A DNA stretch of 36,796 nt from an uncultured Lachnospiraceae bacterium (GCA_902773185.1 CACYDN010000084.1:1-36796), one strand, 5' to 3'; positions 17,642-26,951 are shown, counted from the first letter of the stretch. Made by a program: numbers and translations. Notes: generated by a model from the letters alone, not told the origin.

Positions 17642-19548
17642 TACATTTCAAGGAAAGACATCAGCATTTTGGAAATCTGCGCGCGCGTTGCCTTTCCGTT
17701 CATACCGAGCCTATATACCGTATTCCCTGAGCCATCCTTTTCCTCAATTCCGGATATAATGCCGGCGCCCACGGCCCATTTCATGTAGGGCAGGGACCAG
17801 TGCGGTTTTGCTTTTCCTTCCTTGAGAGAACTGTAATCCGTAAATCCGGAAAGGTCTCCCTGCTGCGACACATCCCAGCCCTTCATCTCCGCATACCGCT
17901 TCAGGATCGTTACCGCCTCGGCGCGTGTCAGTTCTTTTTTTCTTCCAAAGGTACCATCCGCATATCCATCCACCAAATGCTGCTGGTTGGCCCAAACGAC
18001 GGGATCATAGTAGAACGGCTTTGTTCCGTTCCTGTTTATTTTTACATCCGTAAAAGGTGACAAACCGGACACGTCCGGCGAACCGGCCATCCTGTAAAGA
18101 ATCGTGACAAATTCGGCGCGACTAATGGTAGCATTCGGCCGTACCGTGGTCAGACCATCGCCGTCCTTATCTTCATCCCCTGAAATAATACCGGTTTCAT
18201 AAGCAAAACGTATCGGTTCATACTGCCAGTACTCGTCTCCGTTATTCTTGTAACGGGGCAGATCCGTAAAGGGCAGATAGCCGGCATATGTCGGATGCGG
18301 GCTGTTATAGTGGATCGTCACTGCCCCCGAAAGATCCAGCGTGCCCACATTGCTTATTCTGTTCCACATTCCCTTGGAACCTGCATAATAAATATCGGTA
18401 ATGTTTCCGCCAAACCATGTTCCTTCGGCAAATTCCGTCACCGATGTGGGAATATATACAGTGGTCAGATTGTCCGAACCGTAAAATGCACGCTTTGTTA
18501 CAGAGGTAACGGTTTCCGGCAGCCGGACAGAGGTGGTCCAGTCATTGTAGAACATCAGATAGTTTCCCGCACCGAACTTTGTCAGCGTCTTCCCTCTGAC
18601 AGTTTCCGGCACGATCAGTTCCTCATCAAAGCCGCAATACTGCCAGACACCGGTTGTTTCCTCATCTATATTGGAGACATACCATCCTCCGGGCAGCTCA
18701 TAAACGGAACTTCCACGCGGCTTTGTGGTGTAGCCGTAGCCGGCCTCGCCAATATAATAGGTATCTCCGATCTTCGCGATGGCGTCCCGGTGACCGGAAC
18801 CACTGCTCTGATTCTGATAATCAATATTAATCCGTGCATCGATTCCCGCCATTTTGGAAAGCTCTACGATCAAATTGGTACTGGCCCAGCAGTCACCACC
18901 CTCAAAGAGGAGCATATCCTGCCAGCTCTGATAGCGGTAATTGTAAACGGTATTGTCTCCTACCCACTTCGTAAATGCTCTGAACTTTTCCAGATCATCC
19001 GTTTTCCCTGCCGTACATTCTTCAAAAATTGTCTGAATTCTGTTATTGACATACTGATTGCCGAGCTCGATCACGGTAACCGGGATATCATGGGTATAAT
19101 CCCCGCAGGTCACACGGACCAGTGCGGCACCCGGATAATACTGGGTTTCGATTCTGTCATAGCCATCGATCGGCGCAGTAGAGCCAAAACCTCCCTTCCA
19201 ATACCAGACCGTTTTCCGCGGCTCCACAAGCCCGGTTGCCGAGACCGTTACATTGCTTCCGGACACGATCCGGTAGGACGGCGTCCCTTCGAGCCCTTCG
19301 GTACTGATCTGGAAGCTCTGCGGCTTTTCGGCGGGAACCTCGCCGAGTACCTCTGCCGCCTCTTCCGTTACACAGTATATCTCTACTTCATCCGGATTTT
19401 TCTTTTCATCGGCCTTTCCGGTAATTCCGAAACCTAATAAAATAAACCAGACAAGAACTACGGTGCAAAGGATTTTCGCTGTGAATCTACTTATATTTTT
19501 TACTTTGCTCATTCCATGCAGTCTGTTTTCCCCTCTCATACTGCTCAT
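17635..19548 (-). CDS. SLH-anchored surface protein: Ig-like, transglutaminase-like, BspA-type LRR, three SLH domains
   Basis: Start ATG 19548 (AAGGAGG RBS); signal peptide; GGDCW..GHRDA..YYIGE; LPETVTSVTKRAFYG; SLH motifs ISRAEF, LTRAEA, ATRAQI. Confidence 0.88.
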   Translation of the reverse strand: MSSMRGENRLHGMSKVKNISRFTAKILCTVVLVWFILLGFGITGKADEKKNPDEVEIYCVTEEAAEVLGEVPAEKPQSFQISTEGLEGTPSYRIVSGSNVTVSATGLVEPRKTVWYWKGGFGSTAPIDGYDRIETQYYPGAALVRVTCGDYTHDIPVTVIELGNQYVNNRIQTIFEECTAGKTDDLEKFRAFTKWVGDNTVYNYRYQSWQDMLLFEGGDCWASTNLIVELSKMAGIDARINIDYQNQSSGSGHRDAIAKIGDTYYIGEAGYGYTTKPRGSSVYELPGGWYVSNIDEETTGVWQYCGFDEELIVPETVRGKTLTKFGAGNYLMFYNDWTTSVRLPETVTSVTKRAFYGSDNLTTVYIPTSVTEFAEGTWFGGNITDIYYAGSKGMWNRISNVGTLDLSGAVTIHYNSPHPTYAGYLPFTDLPRYKNNGDEYWQYEPIRFAYETGIISGDEDKDGDGLTTVRPNATISRAEFVTILYRMAGSPDVSGLSPFTDVKINRNGTKPFYYDPVVWANQQHLVDGYADGTFGRKKELTRAEAVTILKRYAEMKGWDVSQQGDLSGFTDYSSLKEGKAKPHWSLPYMKWAVGAGIISGIEEKDGSGNTVYRLGMNGKATRAQISKMLMSFLEMYQ

Positions 19549-19576
19549 GGCACCCCCTCCTTTCTCCTTCCTTCTG

Positions 19577-19605
19577 ATTGTAGCAAATTGCGCGGCTTGC
19601 GGCAA
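19577..19605 (-). promoter_or_regulatory. sigma70 promoter of the SLH gene
   Basis: TTGCCG-N17-TACAAT with extended -10 TG. Confidence 0.6.
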
Positions 19606-19620
19606 ATCCTATTTTTGATG

Positions 19621-19735
19621 TGACGGCTCACCTTCTCAATCGAGCAGGAGGGGGATAACTCCCCCTACTCGATGATGCGGGCTCGTCAAACAGGATATCA
19701 CATAAATGTGTATCCTGACGACTCACCTTCTCCAT
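19621..19735. repeat. Structured intergenic element: 20-bp direct repeats around two hairpins (REP-like)
   Basis: TGACG(G/A)CTCACCTTCTC(A/C)AT at 19621 and 19716; hairpins ATCGAG..AGGGGGA-taac-TCCCCCT..CTCGAT and TCGTCA..CAGGATA.CACAT-aa-ATGTGTATCCTGACGA. Confidence 0.65.
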
Positions 19736-19775
19736 TTCGCAAGCAAGCTTGAATTCAGCTTAACTCGGCTTTCAC

Positions 19776-19808
19776 AAAAAAACCGCTGCAGAATAGTCCG
19801 CAGCGGTT
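19776..19808 (-). terminator. Rho-independent terminator of the purH operon
   Basis: Stem AACCGCTGC/GCAGCGGTT followed by a U-tract on the minus strand, 26 bp past the purH stop. Confidence 0.85.
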
Positions 19809-19834
19809 CTTCGTTATTCTTTTTTATCGTTGGT

Positions 19835-21010
19835 TTAGTGATGGAACAGACGAATTCCGGTAAAGCTCATCACGATACCGTACTTATTGCAGGTTTCAAT
19901 GACATTGTCATCACGGATGGAACCACCCGGCTGGGCAATATATTCCACGCCGCTCCTGTGTGCACGCTCAACATTGTCACCGAAGGGGAAGAATGCATCC
20001 GAGCCAAGGCTGACGCCGGTATTCTTCGCAATCCAAGCCTTGCGCTCTTCTCTCGTGAAGGGCTTCGGCTGCTCGGTGAAATACTGCTGCCATACGCCGT
20101 CGCCGATTACATCCTCATAATCATCACTGTTATAAACATCGATCGTATTGTCACGGTCAGCCCGGCGGATATCCGGCTTAAAGGGAAGGGAGAGCACCTG
20201 CGGAGCCTGCCGCAGGAACCACTTGTCCGCCTTGTCGCCCGCAAGCCTTGTACAATGGATACGGGACTGCTGTCCGGCACCGATACCGATTGCAGCACCG
20301 TTCTTCACGTAGCATACGGAATTGGACTGCGTATATTTCAGTGTGATCATGGCAATGGCCAGATCGATCTTTGCCGCATCCGGCAGTGTCTTATTCTCCG
20401 TAACAATATTATCAAAGAAATGCTCATCGATATGGAGCTCATTCCGCCCCTGCTCGAAGGTAATACCAAACACATCCTTCTGCTCTACGGGAGCCGGGAT
20501 ATACTCCGGATCAATGGTCAGCACGCAGTAATTGCCGCTCTTCTTGGACCGAAGGATTTCCAGCGCCTCATCCGTGTAGCCGGGTGCGATGATACCATCG
20601 GAAACCTCGCGCTTTACCAGACGCGCCGTATCCGCATCGCAGACATCGGAAAGGGAAATGAAATCACCGAAGGAGGACATGCGGTCCGCGCCTCTTGCCC
20701 TTGCATATGCGGATGCCAGAGGAGAAAGGTCTCCCAGATCCTCTACCCAGTAGATTTTCTTTTCAATATCCGTCAGGGGAAGACCAACCGCTGCGCCTGC
20801 CGGGGATACATGCTTGAAGCTGGTTGCCGCCGGATAACCGGTAGCCTTCTTCAGCTCGCTCACCAGCTGCCAGCCGTTCAGTGCATCCAGCAGATTGATG
20901 TAGCCGGGACGTCCGGAAAGAACATCAATCGGAAGGTTGCCCTCTTTCATAAATACGCGTGAGGGTTTCTGGTTCGGGTTGCAGCCATACTTCAGTGTCA
21001 TTTCGTTCAT
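19835..21010 (-). CDS. purH: AICAR formyltransferase (PurH C-terminal domain only)
   Basis: LKYGCNPNQ, GYINLLDA, SFKHVSPAG, DRMSSFGD, TQSNSV, GAGQQSR, SDAFFPF, QPGGSIRD; no N-terminal IMP cyclohydrolase domain. Confidence 0.95.
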   Translation of the reverse strand: MNEMTLKYGCNPNQKPSRVFMKEGNLPIDVLSGRPGYINLLDALNGWQLVSELKKATGYPAATSFKHVSPAGAAVGLPLTDIEKKIYWVEDLGDLSPLASAYARARGADRMSSFGDFISLSDVCDADTARLVKREVSDGIIAPGYTDEALEILRSKKSGNYCVLTIDPEYIPAPVEQKDVFGITFEQGRNELHIDEHFFDNIVTENKTLPDAAKIDLAIAMITLKYTQSNSVCYVKNGAAIGIGAGQQSRIHCTRLAGDKADKWFLRQAPQVLSLPFKPDIRRADRDNTIDVYNSDDYEDVIGDGVWQQYFTEQPKPFTREERKAWIAKNTGVSLGSDAFFPFGDNVERAHRSGVEYIAQPGGSIRDDNVIETCNKYGIVMSFTGIRLFHH

Positions 21011-21101
21011 ACGGTTTATGCCTTTCTGTCTCTATCTCATTAAATTAGTTTTTACTGTCTCATTCACTCGTCCGAACATCCGAATCGATCATTCCGAAAG
21101 C

Positions 21102-21821
21102 TTAGTCGCCCAGGTGTTTATTCAAAATCCTGGTCTCTGTCTTACCGGTTTCCACCTCGATTGTCCTGACAAAAAGAGAAATCTTGTTGTCCGCGTTGAG
21201 ACTCTTCCAGATCACATCTGTGAGTTCGTCGATACTGTCCGAAGGAATGTCCACGATCGTGGGTTCTCCCTCGTAGGACGGCAGCGGGTTTCCGTCTCCC
21301 ATGTAGGTATGGATGAAACGACCTTCGCCGGCCTTCGGAACATCATAGGAAAAGGTGAAACGGCTGCATGCATCCGGATCGCCGCAGTTGGATTTCAGGA
21401 TGGACATTTCATAAGAAAAGCCGCCATCCATGTGAAGCACGCCTGAAATTCTCGGCGTATAGTTCGGTGCATCCGGTTCAAAGCATCTTCCGCGCAGGGA
21501 CTCCTCGAAGGTCCTTCCCTTTTCCATCTCCTCGAAGATGGTATCGGTCTGATCACCGTTGGTAACGATCGTGTCGGTTCCTCTGACCCGTACCGGTGCA
21601 TAAATAATAAGACTCGGATCCTCCAGCTTCGAAGGATCGAATGCTTCCGTGCGGATGCCTTCGCCCTCTTCCTTGAAGATTCTGTTGCGGCTGTTTTCCG
21701 ATCTGCCCATGATAAAATAAGCAGTAAAAGCCTTCTTTCCGTCCGGTGTCTTTCCGATCACAATGCCACGACCGGGATAGGTGGTAGCGCCGATTTCCGC
21801 GCCAAGCTGTTTCATTTCCAT
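21102..21821 (-). CDS. IMP cyclohydrolase, PurO-like
   Basis: YPGRGIVIG, YFIMGRSENSRNR, TNGDQTD, FEPDAPNYTPRISG; next to monofunctional purH; start placed at ATG 21821. Confidence 0.88.
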   Translation of the reverse strand: MEMKQLGAEIGATTYPGRGIVIGKTPDGKKAFTAYFIMGRSENSRNRIFKEEGEGIRTEAFDPSKLEDPSLIIYAPVRVRGTDTIVTNGDQTDTIFEEMEKGRTFEESLRGRCFEPDAPNYTPRISGVLHMDGGFSYEMSILKSNCGDPDACSRFTFSYDVPKAGEGRFIHTYMGDGNPLPSYEGEPTIVDIPSDSIDELTDVIWKSLNADNKISLFVRTIEVETGKTETRILNKHLGD

Positions 21822-21900
21822 TCTGTTTTTATCCTCTCTTTTTCCGTTTACGGATTCCTCCGACAAACGAAATTCTCATGTTGCTAACGAATTGCCTGCC

Positions 21901-22695
21901 TTACAGGGACGAAGCTGCCTCCGCACTGGCATCCATTGCCTCGATGATAGCGGAACGGAAGCCCGCATCCTCAAGCACGCGCACGCCCTCGATGGTGGTT
22001 CCGCCGGGGGAAGTCACTCTGTCCTTCAGCTCTGCCGGATGAAGCCCTGTTTCCAGAACCATCTTTGCACTTCCCATAACAGCCTGTGCTGCAAAGCGAT
22101 ATGCCTTATCTCTGGGCATTCCCAGGTGAACGGCACCGTCTGCCATCGCTTCGATCATCATAAATACATAGGCGGGTGAGCTTGCGGAAACTGCGCAAAC
22201 CGCATTCATAAGGCTCTCCGGAACAACCTCTGCCTTACCGAAAGCATTCAGGATCTGCATAGCCTGTACCAGCTCGCCGCCGGTGATATGCTTGGAGGGG
22301 CAGACACCTGTCATGCCTTCACCAACCAGTGCGGGCGTATTGGGCATAGTGCGGATCAGCTTGATCGGACGCTCAAATTTCTGCTCAAACCATTCAATCG
22401 TCTTACCTGCGATGATGGAGATCACAACCTGCTCATTCTGAACATCATCCCGGATCTCCGCAATCACCTGCTCGGCAACCTGCGGTTTAACTGCCAGAAG
22501 AACGATACCCGCACGGTGAACAACCTCCAGATTGGAAGGTGTTGTAAGAACGCCGTACTTCTCTTCAATCTTCTTCCGAACATCCTCCGTCGGAGAAGAA
22601 CAGATGATTTCTTCCTTCGGAAGGATTTCCTTCTTCAGAATGCCGCTGATGATGGCATTCGCCATGTTTCCTGCTCCAATGATACCAAATCTCAT
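21901..22695 (-). CDS. proC: Pyrroline-5-carboxylate reductase
   Basis: GIIGAGNMA, LAVKPQ, RTMPNTP, SSPAYVF, VTSPGGTT. Confidence 0.97.
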   Translation of the reverse strand: MRFGIIGAGNMANAIISGILKKEILPKEEIICSSPTEDVRKKIEEKYGVLTTPSNLEVVHRAGIVLLAVKPQVAEQVIAEIRDDVQNEQVVISIIAGKTIEWFEQKFERPIKLIRTMPNTPALVGEGMTGVCPSKHITGGELVQAMQILNAFGKAEVVPESLMNAVCAVSASSPAYVFMMIEAMADGAVHLGMPRDKAYRFAAQAVMGSAKMVLETGLHPAELKDRVTSPGGTTIEGVRVLEDAGFRSAIIEAMDASAEAASSL

Positions 22696-22762
22696 AACTC
22701 CCTCTCCCTTCTCTCTTCTATTTTCATTTGCTTTTGCAATAACTGCTTCTTTGATTTATCGA

Positions 22763-23968
22763 TTAGGACAGCTTCATATCTCCGTCCTTTACCCAACCGA
22801 GCTTCTTCACCAAAAGATGGAAAAGAAGTGCCAGAATAGCCGGCAGAACAAAGGATATTAAGATCAGTCCCGTCCAGTCCATGGCCGTGATGGCATCCTT
22901 CACGCCTGCATCCACATCTTTTACCCATCCGGTGTATACACCGATCTGACCTACAAGTCCGCAGGTACCCATACCGGAGGATACCGCGTCACCATTCATA
23001 TTCAGATGGAACAGACAGGTTGCGATCGGGCCTGTCACTGCGGATGCGAGTGTCGGTGCGATCCAGATTCGCGGATTCTTCACAATATTACCCATCTGCA
23101 GCATGGATGTTCCGATTCCCTGGGAAACCAGTCCGCCCCAGCGGTTTTCCTTAAAGGAGATGACCGCAAAGCCGATCATCTGCGCCGAACAACCGGCAAC
23201 GGCTGCACCACCGGCAAGACCGGTAAGTCCGAACGCTGCACAGATGGCCGCAGACGAAATCGGAAGCGTCAGTGCCATGCCGACCAGAACGGATACCACA
23301 ATGCCCATCAGGAAGGGCTGCAGATCTGTTGCCCACATAATGACATCGCCGACCTTCATGGCCGCCTTACCAAGTGACGGCGCAATGAGCCACGACAGGA
23401 ATATACCTGAACCAATGGTCACAAGCGGTGTGACCAGAATATCTATTTTTGTTTCTTTTGAGATGGCCTTGCCCAGCTCCGTCGCTATGATAGCGATAAA
23501 GAGAACGGCAAGGGGTCCGCCTGCACCGCCCAATGCATTCGCTGCAAAACCAACCGTGATCATAGAAAACAGAACCAGGTTGGGCGCTTTCAGCGCAAAT
23601 GCGATGGCCGCAGCCATGGCCGGTCCGCTCATGGCAGTTGCAAGTCCGCCAACGGTGTAGTCCTTACCCGCAACCGTCGCGACGGTTTTAGTCAGAAACC
23701 CGATTTCAAACTGTGTACCGATCGTATTCAGGATGGTTCCGATCAGGAGGGAACAAAAAAGACCCTGCGCCATAGCGCCAAGTGCATCGATTCCGTACCT
23801 TTTCAGAGAGATTTCAATATCCTTACGCTTTAGAAATCCTCTGAACCCTTTTGGCTTTTCCGCCTGTTTCGTGACTTCCTGCTTCTTTTGTTTCGCATCC
23901 AGCGAAACAGTTGCCTCTTCCTCGCCTTGCGGCTCCACCTTCAGAAGCTGTTCTTTTTTTGATGCCAT
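22763..23968 (-). CDS. PfoR-like / PTS_EIIC_2-type membrane protein
   Basis: Multi-TM; ALGAMAQGLF, LTLPISSAAI, GIGTSMLQ, SSGMGTCGLVGQ; start at ATG 23968. Confidence 0.8.
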   Translation of the reverse strand: MASKKEQLLKVEPQGEEEATVSLDAKQKKQEVTKQAEKPKGFRGFLKRKDIEISLKRYGIDALGAMAQGLFCSLLIGTILNTIGTQFEIGFLTKTVATVAGKDYTVGGLATAMSGPAMAAAIAFALKAPNLVLFSMITVGFAANALGGAGGPLAVLFIAIIATELGKAISKETKIDILVTPLVTIGSGIFLSWLIAPSLGKAAMKVGDVIMWATDLQPFLMGIVVSVLVGMALTLPISSAAICAAFGLTGLAGGAAVAGCSAQMIGFAVISFKENRWGGLVSQGIGTSMLQMGNIVKNPRIWIAPTLASAVTGPIATCLFHLNMNGDAVSSGMGTCGLVGQIGVYTGWVKDVDAGVKDAITAMDWTGLILISFVLPAILALLFHLLVKKLGWVKDGDMKLS

Positions 23969-24015
23969 TTTTCCTTCCTTCCGGCACACCCCGTTTGTTT
24001 CCCTCTCAAATTTTT

Positions 24016-24044
24016 AGTATACGGAATTTTAATGCAAAAATCAA
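24016..24044 (-). promoter_or_regulatory. sigma70 promoter for the pfoR-like/proC/purO/purH genes
   Basis: TTGATT-N17-TATACT; -35 overlaps the upstream terminator. Confidence 0.6.
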
Positions 24045-24076
24045 GGGCAGGAAAGAGTTACTTTCCTGCCCTTGAT
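24036..24076 (-). terminator. Rho-independent terminator after the M23 gene
   Basis: Perfect 16-bp stem ATCAAGGGCAGGAAAG-agtta-CTTTCCTGCCCTTGAT with minus-strand U-tract. Confidence 0.9.
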
Positions 24077-24125
24077 GTAACGATTCCGAAATAACCGAAC
24101 CGAATGCTTACCCAAATATTAATTT

Positions 24126-25787
24126 TTAATACTCGGAATGATCGTATCCCTCATAATAACCGAGAGGATCTGTCAGACTTCCGTTCTTAACCACACAGAA
24201 GTGCAGATGCGGTGCTGTGGCATAACCGGTTTCTCCGGCAAAACCGATAACATCGCCGGCTTTTACCTTCTGGCCTTCCACACAGTTGAAGGAGTCCATA
24301 TGATAATAGCGGGTTACGATACCGTTACCGTGATCGATCAGAACCGCATTGCCTGCAGTCTCCCAGTAAGGCGTGCCATCCGGATATACTCCGATTACCG
24401 TACCGTTTCCGGCCGCTACGATCGGTGTGCCGGTCGGGCACATGATATCTACGCCACTGTGGCCGTCTCCGAACTCCCAGCCGACTTCCTTGGAATAGGG
24501 CATGGGCCACTGGGTCAGACCATCCTTGCTCAGTACCTTAACGTTTACAATTTTATTTTTGTCCAGGTCGTTGATATTAACGGAAATAACCGAACCGTTC
24601 TGTCCGTCTGCGGAAATACAGCTGGTGGAACGATATGACGTTATGCCCTGATATGCGGCAGACGGTGCCGCGGTGCCCTTCGCCTGGATTACGATCTGAA
24701 TAGCTTCCAACCGCTTTGCCAGCCCGCTGGTACCGGCCATTTCGCCGTTCTTTGCCCAGGCCAGCCAGCCGTAGGTCTCGGTCCGCACCCGGTAATATAC
24801 ATCAAATTCATCCGCAATCGCACCGGTCAGTTCGATATAAATTGCTTCCAGACGCTTTGCCTTTCCGCTGGTACCGGCCATTTCTCCGTTGCTTACCCAA
24901 TCCATCCAACCGTAGGTCTGCGCATGCACCTTGTAGGTGATCCCGCCGTTTGTTCCGTCGGGAAGAGCGATACGGATTGCCTCCAGACGTTTTCCGTCAC
25001 CGTCGGTACCGGAAACTTCGCCCGCATTCCGCCAGTCCTGCCAGCCGTAGGTCTGTACATGGGTCTGATACGTAACGTTCGGTGCCTGCTTCTGAGGTTC
25101 CGGATTAACCGGTTCCGGGTTTACAGGTTCCGGATTTACCGGTTCCGGTTCAACGTACGGTTCTTCTTCTCCACCTTCGTAGATGCCGTTCGAACCATCC
25201 AACGCCGAATAGAATTTATCTGTCCAGGACGTGATTCCGCCCAGGTCTTCTGCCGGTGCCTGTCCCTTCGGAAGGATCACGATCTGGATACCTTCCAGAC
25301 GCTTTGCTTTTCCGCTGGTACCGGCGCAGTTTCCGTTCTTTGTCCATGCCATCCAGCCGTAGGTCTGGGCATGCACACGGTAGTATACATCATAAAGAGA
25401 TGCTTTCGGACCTGTCAAGCGGATCTGAATAGCCTCGAGCCGCTTGGCTTTTCCTTCTGTTCCGGACTTTTCATCATCACTTACCCAGTCCAGCCAGCCG
25501 TAGGTCTGGCAATGGGTTCTGTAGGTCACGCCCAGTCCTTCCACACCGGAAATACTGATCTGAATGGATTCCAGACGCTTTGCCTTTCCGCTGGTACCGG
25601 CCATTTCTCCGTTGCTCACATAATCCTGCCAGCCATAGGTCTGTACATGTGTTCTGTAAGATACCGTCGGTGTTTCCGCCGCCTGTACCTTCCCGGCGCT
25701 CACGGGAATGAGTACCAGGATCATCGCCAATGTTAATAGAAAACTGAAAACACTGCCTGCTTTTCGTTTTTCTCTTTTGAACAGCAT
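24126..25787 (-). CDS. Secreted ChW-repeat (x6) M23 family peptidase
   Basis: Signal peptide; six Y..H.QTYGW..W....E..GT.G...RLE.I type repeats; PEPVN linker; M23 motifs HSGVD, YYHM, PHLHF. Confidence 0.92.
   Translation of the reverse strand: MLFKREKRKAGSVFSFLLTLAMILVLIPVSAGKVQAAETPTVSYRTHVQTYGWQDYVSNGEMAGTSGKAKRLESIQISISGVEGLGVTYRTHCQTYGWLDWVSDDEKSGTEGKAKRLEAIQIRLTGPKASLYDVYYRVHAQTYGWMAWTKNGNCAGTSGKAKRLEGIQIVILPKGQAPAEDLGGITSWTDKFYSALDGSNGIYEGGEEEPYVEPEPVNPEPVNPEPVNPEPQKQAPNVTYQTHVQTYGWQDWRNAGEVSGTDGDGKRLEAIRIALPDGTNGGITYKVHAQTYGWMDWVSNGEMAGTSGKAKRLEAIYIELTGAIADEFDVYYRVRTETYGWLAWAKNGEMAGTSGLAKRLEAIQIVIQAKGTAAPSAAYQGITSYRSTSCISADGQNGSVISVNINDLDKNKIVNVKVLSKDGLTQWPMPYSKEVGWEFGDGHSGVDIMCPTGTPIVAAGNGTVIGVYPDGTPYWETAGNAVLIDHGNGIVTRYYHMDSFNCVEGQKVKAGDVIGFAGETGYATAPHLHFCVVKNGSLTDPLGYYEGYDHSEY
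25096..25150 (-). repeat. 15-bp tandem repeat encoding (PEPVN)n linker
   Basis: EPEPVNPEPVNPEPVNPEP between the two ChW triplets. Confidence 0.85.
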
Positions 25788-25801
25788 AATCAAATCCTTT
25801 C

Positions 25802-26728
25802 TCAGATGACATAGTCATCGGGACCAAAGAAGTCCCCATCAAAATTCAGTTCCCGGTTTTTTACATAAACCTTTGCATTTGCCGGTACGGAATGGGTCAG
25901 GAAGACATTACCGCCGATCACCGCATTTTCGCCGATCACCGTGTCGCCGCCCAGAATGGATGCGCCGGAATAGATCGTCACATTATCCGCAATGGTCGGG
26001 TGGCGCTTTTTATTGACCAGAATCCGTCCGCCTCTTGTAGAAAGTGCACCCAATGTAACACCCTGGTAAACCTTCACATGTTCACCGATCTCTGTTGTTT
26101 CACCCACGACGATGCCTGTACCATGGTCAATAAAGAAATACTTGCCGATCGTGGCACCGGGGTTGATGTCGATACCCGTCTTGGAATGAGCATGCTCCGT
26201 CAAAATCCGGGGAATGATCGGTACATGGAGCTGGTACAGCACATGGGCAAACCGCTGAACAGAAATGGCATAAAGTCCCGGATAGGAGATGATGATCGCA
26301 TCCTTACTCTCCGCAGCAGGGTCGCCCTGAAACAGCGCCTCCACGTCCGTATCCAGATATTCACGGATCGTAGGAATTTCCCGCATGAACCGGACCGTCT
26401 TATCCTCTGCCAGTTCTGCCAGCTCCGCATCACTTTTCTGCGCAAGATCGGGATCAAATCGAAGTGCCAGCTGCATCTGCCGGTTCAGATTGAAGGCCAC
26501 ATCCTCCGTCAGGGCCGAAACCATTGTGCTTACATTGTAGATCCGGTAGGTTCTGTCGATAAAATACCCCGGAAAAACAATTCTGTGCAGCTTTCGGATG
26601 AGACCGATCACAACCTCTCTGTCCGGCTGGCTGAAGACCTCCATCTTATCGATGGCTCTACCCTTTTCAAAATCCTTCAGGATACCTTCTGTGATTTCCT
26701 GCATCACATCTGCAATTTTTTCACCCAT
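25802..26728 (-). CDS. cysE: Serine O-acetyltransferase (EpsC/CysE type)
   Basis: GDPAA, SYPG, TGIDINPGATIG..FFIDHGTG.V.GET, YQGVTLG, KRHPT; start ATG 26728 with GGAGG RBS. Confidence 0.92.
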   Translation of the reverse strand: MGEKIADVMQEITEGILKDFEKGRAIDKMEVFSQPDREVVIGLIRKLHRIVFPGYFIDRTYRIYNVSTMVSALTEDVAFNLNRQMQLALRFDPDLAQKSDAELAELAEDKTVRFMREIPTIREYLDTDVEALFQGDPAAESKDAIIISYPGLYAISVQRFAHVLYQLHVPIIPRILTEHAHSKTGIDINPGATIGKYFFIDHGTGIVVGETTEIGEHVKVYQGVTLGALSTRGGRILVNKKRHPTIADNVTIYSGASILGGDTVIGENAVIGGNVFLTHSVPANAKVYVKNRELNFDGDFFGPDDYVI

Positions 26729-26863
26729 TCCTCGTCGGCCTCCCACCGAAAACCATACCACCTGCTCATCGGAATGAATTCCTTTATATATGTTGCCACA
26801 GGCAACCGATAGCCACTTCTCCCGGGCTGCGTTCGGAGATTTTTCCGCCCGCACCGTGCTACT

Positions 26864-26891
26864 ACTATAGCACTTTTTCTTTATTTTGCAA
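26864..26891 (-). promoter_or_regulatory. sigma70 promoter of cysE
   Basis: TTGCAA-N16-TATAGT with extended -10 TG; implies a ~130-nt leader. Confidence 0.55.
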
Positions 26892-26951
26892 GCTTTTCTC
26901 TTGTTTTTCCCTGTTTTACCTTCCCCGGAGGTCCGACAGATTCACACAATT

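Noticed and set aside
19621-19735. CRISPR mini-array
   Set aside because: Only two 20-bp repeats, 75-bp structured spacer, no cas genes
19706-20962. 418-aa plus-strand ORF, and similar long ORFs at 831-2039, 7593-8996, 14314-15357, 18295-19437
   Set aside because: Antisense shadows of well-supported genes; no motifs, explained by codon bias
21011-21101. Possible ZMP/ZTP riboswitch ahead of purH or the purO-like gene
   Set aside because: No conserved ZTP motifs (GACTG..GTGG..CCAC / CGCCTGGGC) found here or upstream of the operon
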